A DNA stretch of 63,832 nt, filler included, from Stramenopiles sp. TOSAG23-2 (Eukaryota): assembly GCA_900128395.1 (NCBI GenBank). It is 9 parts of 9 records of this genome, joined end to end, with 100 filler letters (N's around TTAATTAATTAA, not from the genome) between each part and the next. Parts side by side here need not be neighbours in the genome. Positions count along the whole stretch, not along the records: positions 54,623 to 62,281 come from LT650289.1; positions 62,382 to 63,832 come from LT652875.1; 7 more parts are not named here. The stretch is one strand, 5' to 3'. The position numbers and the translations under genes are program-made. Under the pieces are notes generated by a model. That model did not search any database and was not told where the DNA came from. It saw only the letters and a list, made by a program, of their open reading frames with translations. Below are positions 57,601 through 63,832 of the stretch, in pieces; the stretch's first letter is position 1; each line of letters opens with the position of its first letter.

Positions 57601-60600
57601 CAATGTAGTAGGGCAGCGTTTACTAGTAAACGATCCATCTATATTAAATTATGAAGCCTTGCTTGATAGCTTGGGCACTACTACTGTGGCAGTAACCGTA
57701 CGAATAATAGATGATGGTCATGGTCAATGCGAGGGAGTCAAAGGTGATTTTTTAATGTCTGATTTCACAACGTTTGAAGTGACCATTTTGGATGTGAATG
57801 AGCGACCGACTTCGCTATCTTTGGTTTGCACCGCGGATGACGCGCAAGCAAATCCTCCACTATGTATAAGTGCAGCATTTGAAATTGATGTTACTACTGC
57901 ATCTATTGGAGACGTCATTGGTAAATTGGTTGCGGAAGATGAAGATGCTGGGGATACGCATGATTTTTTCATGGTACGAGGAACAGATTATTTTGAAATT
58001 ATTAATGATACCGATACAAACGGTGCTGCGATGCAAAAAGTGCAAATAAACAACATCATTTACGACGGTACGTCTTCCAGAGTTCTAATAATGTCCTTTT
58101 ATGTTACTGACAGTGGTGGGCTTCGATATCCACAAACTGGAGAAATTATTCACGAGATTGTGTTAAAATACCCAGCATGTGCTGCCAGTAAACCATTTTC
58201 CATTTCTCCTGATTTGAATACTGATACATATACGCAAAAAGAATATTCTGTCATTAATTATGAAACTCCAATAAGCATGGAATATTACGACGATAATAGC
58301 CTGGGTGGAGACCAATTGTCATTTGAAACTAGATCTCCAAGGCGCATGACGCTATCAGCAAATTTGACGTATGGCTCCTTTGACGATGACTACACGAATG
58401 CAATGAATTTCGATGGATCAACCGAAATAGAAATCTTGGATTTAGATTCTCTTCCAATCGGTAACGATCCGTACACAATTAGCGTCTGGATTAAACCAAC
58501 TAGTGTGATAAATAATGGTGGAATTGTTGGATGGGGTACCTGTATTGATGATGCTAATAGCTGCAATGGAATTAGGCTTCAAACAAACGCCCAGTCGGAA
58601 ATCGAGGTGGTGAACTTTTGGAATGCAAACGACCTTACAGTTATACCACATTCGTCATACTTTGGATTGGATGCATGGCATCATATTGCTGCGGTATTTA
58701 CGAAAAGTGGAGAACGATCTATATATGTAAACAGTCGATTGCTTGGAACTGACAATCCTGGTTCATCGCATTCTGTGCAAGCTACGGATGCTTTTATTGG
58801 GCGTGTTAATGAGAACGAATATTTTAATGGAGAAATAGAAGAGTTAGCGATATGGAAGAGGGATCTCAGCTCGGAAGAAATTTTAATGTTGTACAACTAT
58901 AGCACGTGTGACGTTGAATCGGATCCACACATTTGCATTTCAGCATGTGATGGGTCTTTATATATCCCAGATCATTCGGTCTGGGATAGTGAATATTTGC
59001 CGTTATTGCATAAATTTTATACACTTGAAATACGGGTAAGGCAGATGCAGTGGGATCCTGTTCTGCAAATGTGTTACAATCATATTGTTTGGCCGGTAAC
59101 AGCATTTAATTATGCCTTGGAAATTCTTCCTAATGCAGAGTACGTGTTAAATGTTCCCCTTACAAATGCAATCAAGGGTATATACACCATTGAAGCTTGG
59201 GTTAAATATACACATGACTACAATGGGGCAGATAAATATGCAATAAATACGGAGTGGTGGGGTGTTGCCGCTGTTGGCGTCATCGGCACAACTAAATTAG
59301 GTTGGCCGCAATCACCTGATAGGTGGCAAAAGATCAGAGTCGCATTTGACACTGGTCAACACGCCCCGTTGAATATGAAGTGGTATGTTGGAAAAAGAGA
59401 TAATGGGGGAAACATCGGGTACATTTACATAACAGATCTATCTATCAACGGGCCACAAGGTACTACATTTTTATTTGGAAATTTTGCAAATGGTGCCGAT
59501 TTGTCATATTATGATGCAAGCGCATCAAGTGTCACAACGACATACTCTATTGTGTCATACCTAAATTCCAACCAGTTGACTGTAAATTTGGTAAATAAAA
59601 ACGATAGGCCAGAATTGTATGATACAATAAACAAAGTCATGTTAACAGAAAATACAGATACCGCTATGTTTCAAATTGTTTACAACGATGCAGATAATAC
59701 AATGGTTTTGTTAGATAACGATGTAATATGTAATAATAGAAATGGTATAACTGCGCTAGACGGTTGGACAAGCATGGATACCTGTCAAAGCATATGTGCA
59801 CAAAATATTTCATGCGCTGCAGTTAGTTGGGGAAGCAAGGAATATAATTCAGGATGGTACTATCGCGGGATAGAAGGTGAATCATGCAATACTGTATGCG
59901 AAGCTGTTGGGTTGCCTGGAAAGTGTGATGCAATTAAGATGACAGAAATGGCTATTTCTAGCTGTGATGAAGCTTGTATTGCATCGACTATTGGTAGGAG
60001 CGTGCCATGCGCTGATACAGACTATGGATCGGATAAAGACATTGGGCTATACCCTTTCGTGCTCCTACCATCGCAGTCATGTAAAACACATCATACATCA
60101 GAATCAGCCGCATCAACATGTGATGCGGTGGACAATGAGGTTGCGCGTATTTGTGCGTGTACCCATAGATCTATTACTACACAACGCTGTACATTATTTA
60201 ATGAATGTAAAGAAACCAAAAAATCTTATGGTTCCAATGTGTACGTCAAAACGTCAACAATGCATCAAATGTACATTATGAATGATCAGTCGACGCCCGA
60301 AACTTGGAGTGAGCATTGGCAACTAGTTAGTTCATCAAATGAGGCCTTGTGTGGGTCGTGGTGCATAAAGTTGCGCGATTTTATCAGCTTAGACTATGAA
60401 AATATTCCAGGTTACAGCATTGCGCTCCGTTTAGTTGATGGAGAGGGTTCTGAGACATTTGGGACATTTGACATAAATGTTCAAGATGTAAATGAAAAGC
60501 CTGTAATTACGGATAATGCTGTACGACAAATTTTTGAAAATCCGCTTTCAGGAGACGAAGTGCCTTTTGAGGTTGAAAAAATCGACGAGGATGGAGATGA

Positions 60601-62281
60601 AATGGAATGTAAGGTTATCGATGGAAATTTAATCAATTCTTTACCAGCATTGAAATGGTATACAGATGACACTGCATTAGAAACTTGGACGACATCATGC
60701 ATTTTTGCGGTAGATGTTGCATCTTTGTTTAATTTTGAAATCTTGAAAGAGATCAAATTAATTGTTGTAGTTCGGGATGTGTCCCTAGTTTTTCCTGGTA
60801 CTCTTCAAAGCGAAAGTGCCGTTGTTGAAATCAATGTACTGAATGTCAACGAACCGCCTTGGTTTACTGGATCTAAGAATTATGCTTTCGACGTAAATGA
60901 AGAAATGTCAATTGAAAATTTGATAACTTTAATGGATACTTTTTCTGACGTTGACGAAGATAATCAAGGAAACGCGGTATTTCAAATTGAAAACATAACT
61001 CAAAACCAAAATCAAGGTCAAATTGACGGCAGCGCTATCTTCACTTTAGAATCTACAACAGGGATCTTAAAAATGTCGAGTGCAACGGATTTTGAAATTG
61101 TTACGGAATATACACTATTTGTAAAAGGCGTAGATATTGGGGGGCTTCATGATTATTGTGTCGTAGTTGTAAATATACTCGATGTGAATGAATCCCCAAA
61201 TTTGCAGCTACAACCACAATATCAAATAGCAGAAAATACTATTAGTGCTCAAGCAAACTCCGTTTTATACGATGGTAGTTATACGGCTGTGCCAATCGTT
61301 GTTACGGATCCAGATGATGATAACACAAAACGGACACTAGATCTAACCAATCAAGTAACATTAAGTGGCTTTAGTCCTGCATCTGCTAGTAGTATATTTT
61401 ATAAGCACAATTCTTCTCACACGAGTAATCCATCCATTTTCAAATTCAATATTGGAGTAAACTCGGCACTAAATTATGAAGTAAATTCGTTGTATTCTTT
61501 GCAGGTTACAGTACAGGATGGAGGCGGTCTGTCCACTAGCGGCACATTTACAATCAAGGTTGATGACGCAAACGATGCACCACACTTTTATATACCACCG
61601 CCACCAATAGGAGATTCGGCGACCAGTTTAAGGTGTCGTCACCTACTGCTTGGCTACGATTTGTGCCTATCGGCAAGAAAAAATGTTGAATTCGGTCAAA
61701 ATATTGGCGGTGTCGTCATTGCCGAAGATGAAGATGAAGGAGACATTCTCACCTTCGCCATAGACTCACAACAGGAACGAAATTCTGGCTCTGATACTGA
61801 TCCATGGAGAAATTCTGCACCAGATCAAAGCAATAATACAAATCGTTTTAAAATGAAACCAATTGATCGAACCGTTCAATTTTTAATGGATGCGGACGAG
61901 GGAACTGGGAGACAACTGTACGAATTTGGCACGTTTGAGTATCGTATTATGATGGAAGTAACAGATAACGTCGTTATTGATACCTTGGACATCGTCATTG
62001 TCTTGCAAGATGTAAACTATGCGCCAGTCTTTCAAAATTGTGATGTACCTCGGGTTGCTCTGGAAAGCGATACAAACAATGGACTAGGACTGGTTCAGCC
62101 ATCTGTAAGCTCTATAGAGTTTATTCAAGATGTGGTGGCAGTTGACAATACACAGTACCTTTCATTTTCATCTGAATATTTTGCAATTAATCCGGCTTGG
62201 CCATCATTTGCTAACTGCGTTGATTGTGGTTTTGAGTTATGTTTTCAATTTGAAATACCGCGTTTCCTTGATTATCTTCGT
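54623..62281 (+). CDS. Giant extracellular adhesion-type protein fragment: ConA/LamG-like, two F5/8-type-C/fucolectin domains and multiple cadherin repeats (partial at both ends)
   Basis: A single open frame spans the whole 7659-bp contig. Cadherin motifs DVNE.P, A.DED.GD, LNYE/LDYE and D.GGL. FTP-like NIA..K.A.SSS...W.QVDLG...LCE.EVY. LamG YTISVWIKP...WHHIAAV...FNGEIEELAIW.R.LS.EEI. Confidence 0.88.
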
Positions 62282-62514
62282 NNNNNNNNNNNNNNNNNNN
62301 NNNNNNNNNNNNNNNNNNNNNNNNNTTAATTAATTAANNNNNNNNNNNNNNNNNNNNNNNNNNNNNNNNNNNNNNNNNNNNCAATAGAAGTAAGCTTCAA
62401 ACATGTAAAGCTTGTCGATATGGAAAATGTCAAGAAAATGATAAATTTTGTAGTCAATGTGGAAACAATCTGAGTAATAGTAAGGAGAGGAAAAAGAGGA
62501 AATGTAATTATAAA

Positions 62515-63009
62515 ATGAAGATATCAGATTTCAATAATGGTGTGCTGATAATATGTATTGTCTTTGGATTTTGTATATTAAATACGTTCTCGCAAGTTAA
62601 TGCGCATGAACATAGGGGTCATAATCATCATCATCATAAACATGATGAAGATGTATGTGCTAATAGCGATGACCCCGCAGCTTGTAATGAAAAACAATAT
62701 GGAGAAAATGCTAATTTATTCCACAAAGTTGGAAAAGTTTTCAATGCAGAAAAACGACGACAACGACGTGAAAACCACAACACTGCAGATGCTGTTGAAA
62801 ATGGGCCGAAAGAAATATCATTATATTGCCCCTCAGATCCACAAGTGCGTATTGTTGATTTGGATGAAGCAGAACGTGATCGAGATATTTGCTTAGTATT
62901 AAATATAGCTGCACCTGATATCAATTCCAGACTAGTAATATTTTGTAACTCTGAGAGTGGTAGTGAATTTACTAATGCAAGAAATTCAACAGAGTCGGAA
63001 GATACTTGA
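62515..63009 (+). CDS. Small secreted His-rich protein
   Basis: Signal peptide, HEHRGHNHHHHKH and several Cys residues. Confidence 0.55.
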   Translation: MKISDFNNGVLIICIVFGFCILNTFSQVNAHEHRGHNHHHHKHDEDVCANSDDPAACNEKQYGENANLFHKVGKVFNAEKRRQRRENHNTADAVENGPKEISLYCPSDPQVRIVDLDEAERDRDICLVLNIAAPDINSRLVIFCNSESGSEFTNARNSTESEDT

Positions 63010-63131
63010 AAAAAAATCATCTAAAGATATCAATTCCAGACTAGTAATATTTTGTAACTCTGAGAGTGGTAGTGAATTTACTAATGCAAGAAATTCAACA
63101 GAGTCGGAAGATACTTGAAAAAAAATCATCT
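62917..63131. repeat. 106-bp exact tandem duplication (62917-63022 and 63026-63131)
   Basis: Direct comparison of the two copies. Confidence 0.9.
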
Positions 63132-63832
63132 CCGGGGTTCGTAAACTAGCTACAAAAAAAATAAATCTTTAACGTACAAAATATGGATGTTGTCGTCGAG
63201 GGTAGAAGTTATCATGAGCATGCATATATAAAATAAAAAATAATAATATATATTTAAGGATATATGACAATCTGTATTTATATTGTAGAAGAATATGGGA
63301 ATTATAATGCACGAGATTTGATAGAAAAATATGTGTAATTTGTACTTATTAGTATACTAAAATTTATTTGTCCCTTGGAGTCTTCTCTCAGAAAAACCGG
63401 GTCATACCAGGCATAGCGGCCATATCTTCTAGAATATTAATGAAATTAATTTATAAAAATAAAAAAATATTAATTTTAATATATTTTAATCAAATATAAA
63501 TGTAATATTTATACGTATAATATTTAAAATATACTACGTTCGTATCACATACGAATGATTCGTATAATATATATTATATATATATATATATATATATTAC
63601 GAAGTCGTAACATGTATCATATACTCAAATATATATGTACATTATCATATCATACGTTTGATATTGATACATCTCATTCATATCATATATTATGCATGTA
63701 TATTAAAATGATATTGGAACACATGTACAGAGTAATTAAAATTCCATTATTTCCTCTTTTCTCTTTTTTGATATCATATATTTTTTCTTTTTGTAATTTT
63801 GCTACGCAACTACGATATATATCCTTATTATA

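Noticed and set aside
62917-63131. 106-bp duplication of a gene 3' end
   Set aside because: Exact tandem copy like the other local duplications. Probably an assembly artefact.

Overview
This is AT-rich eukaryotic DNA, not prokaryotic. It consists of nine unrelated contigs, most about 7.7 kb and sorted by decreasing length, joined by artificial 100-nt N/TTAATTAATTAA spacers, so neighbourhood arguments hold only within a contig. GTAAGT..CTAAC..YAG spliceosomal introns, a Sig1/Ocm-type mastigoneme-like gene start, and tenascin-EGF and cadherin proteins suggest a marine heterotrophic stramenopile (MAST-like) MAG/SAG; this is an inference. Recognisable genes: a tenascin-like EGF protein, a carotenoid/stilbene cleavage oxygenase, a sulfatase, a Ubl membrane protein, a Hint/Vint protein, a MaoC dehydratase, a copper amine oxidase, an SDR epimerase, a GST fragment, an MLKL-like kinase with MORN repeats, a C5orf34-like protein, POLD1, an LRR-ankyrin protein, a MYND finger, a PNUTS-like protein, STN1, CstF-77 and a giant cadherin/lectin ORF. 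The most notable signals are four. (1) Three near-identical 74-82 nt spliceosomal introns sit at unrelated sites in two adjacent genes, an introner-like family with no visible TIRs or TSDs. (2) An MLKL-type four-helix domain is fused to an intact kinase and MORN repeats. (3) A Ser/Gly/Phe-repeat protein carries a C-terminal Vint-type Hint domain but no vWA domain. (4) One contig looks decayed and virus-like or accessory. Several tandem and inverted duplications look like amplification or assembly artefacts.
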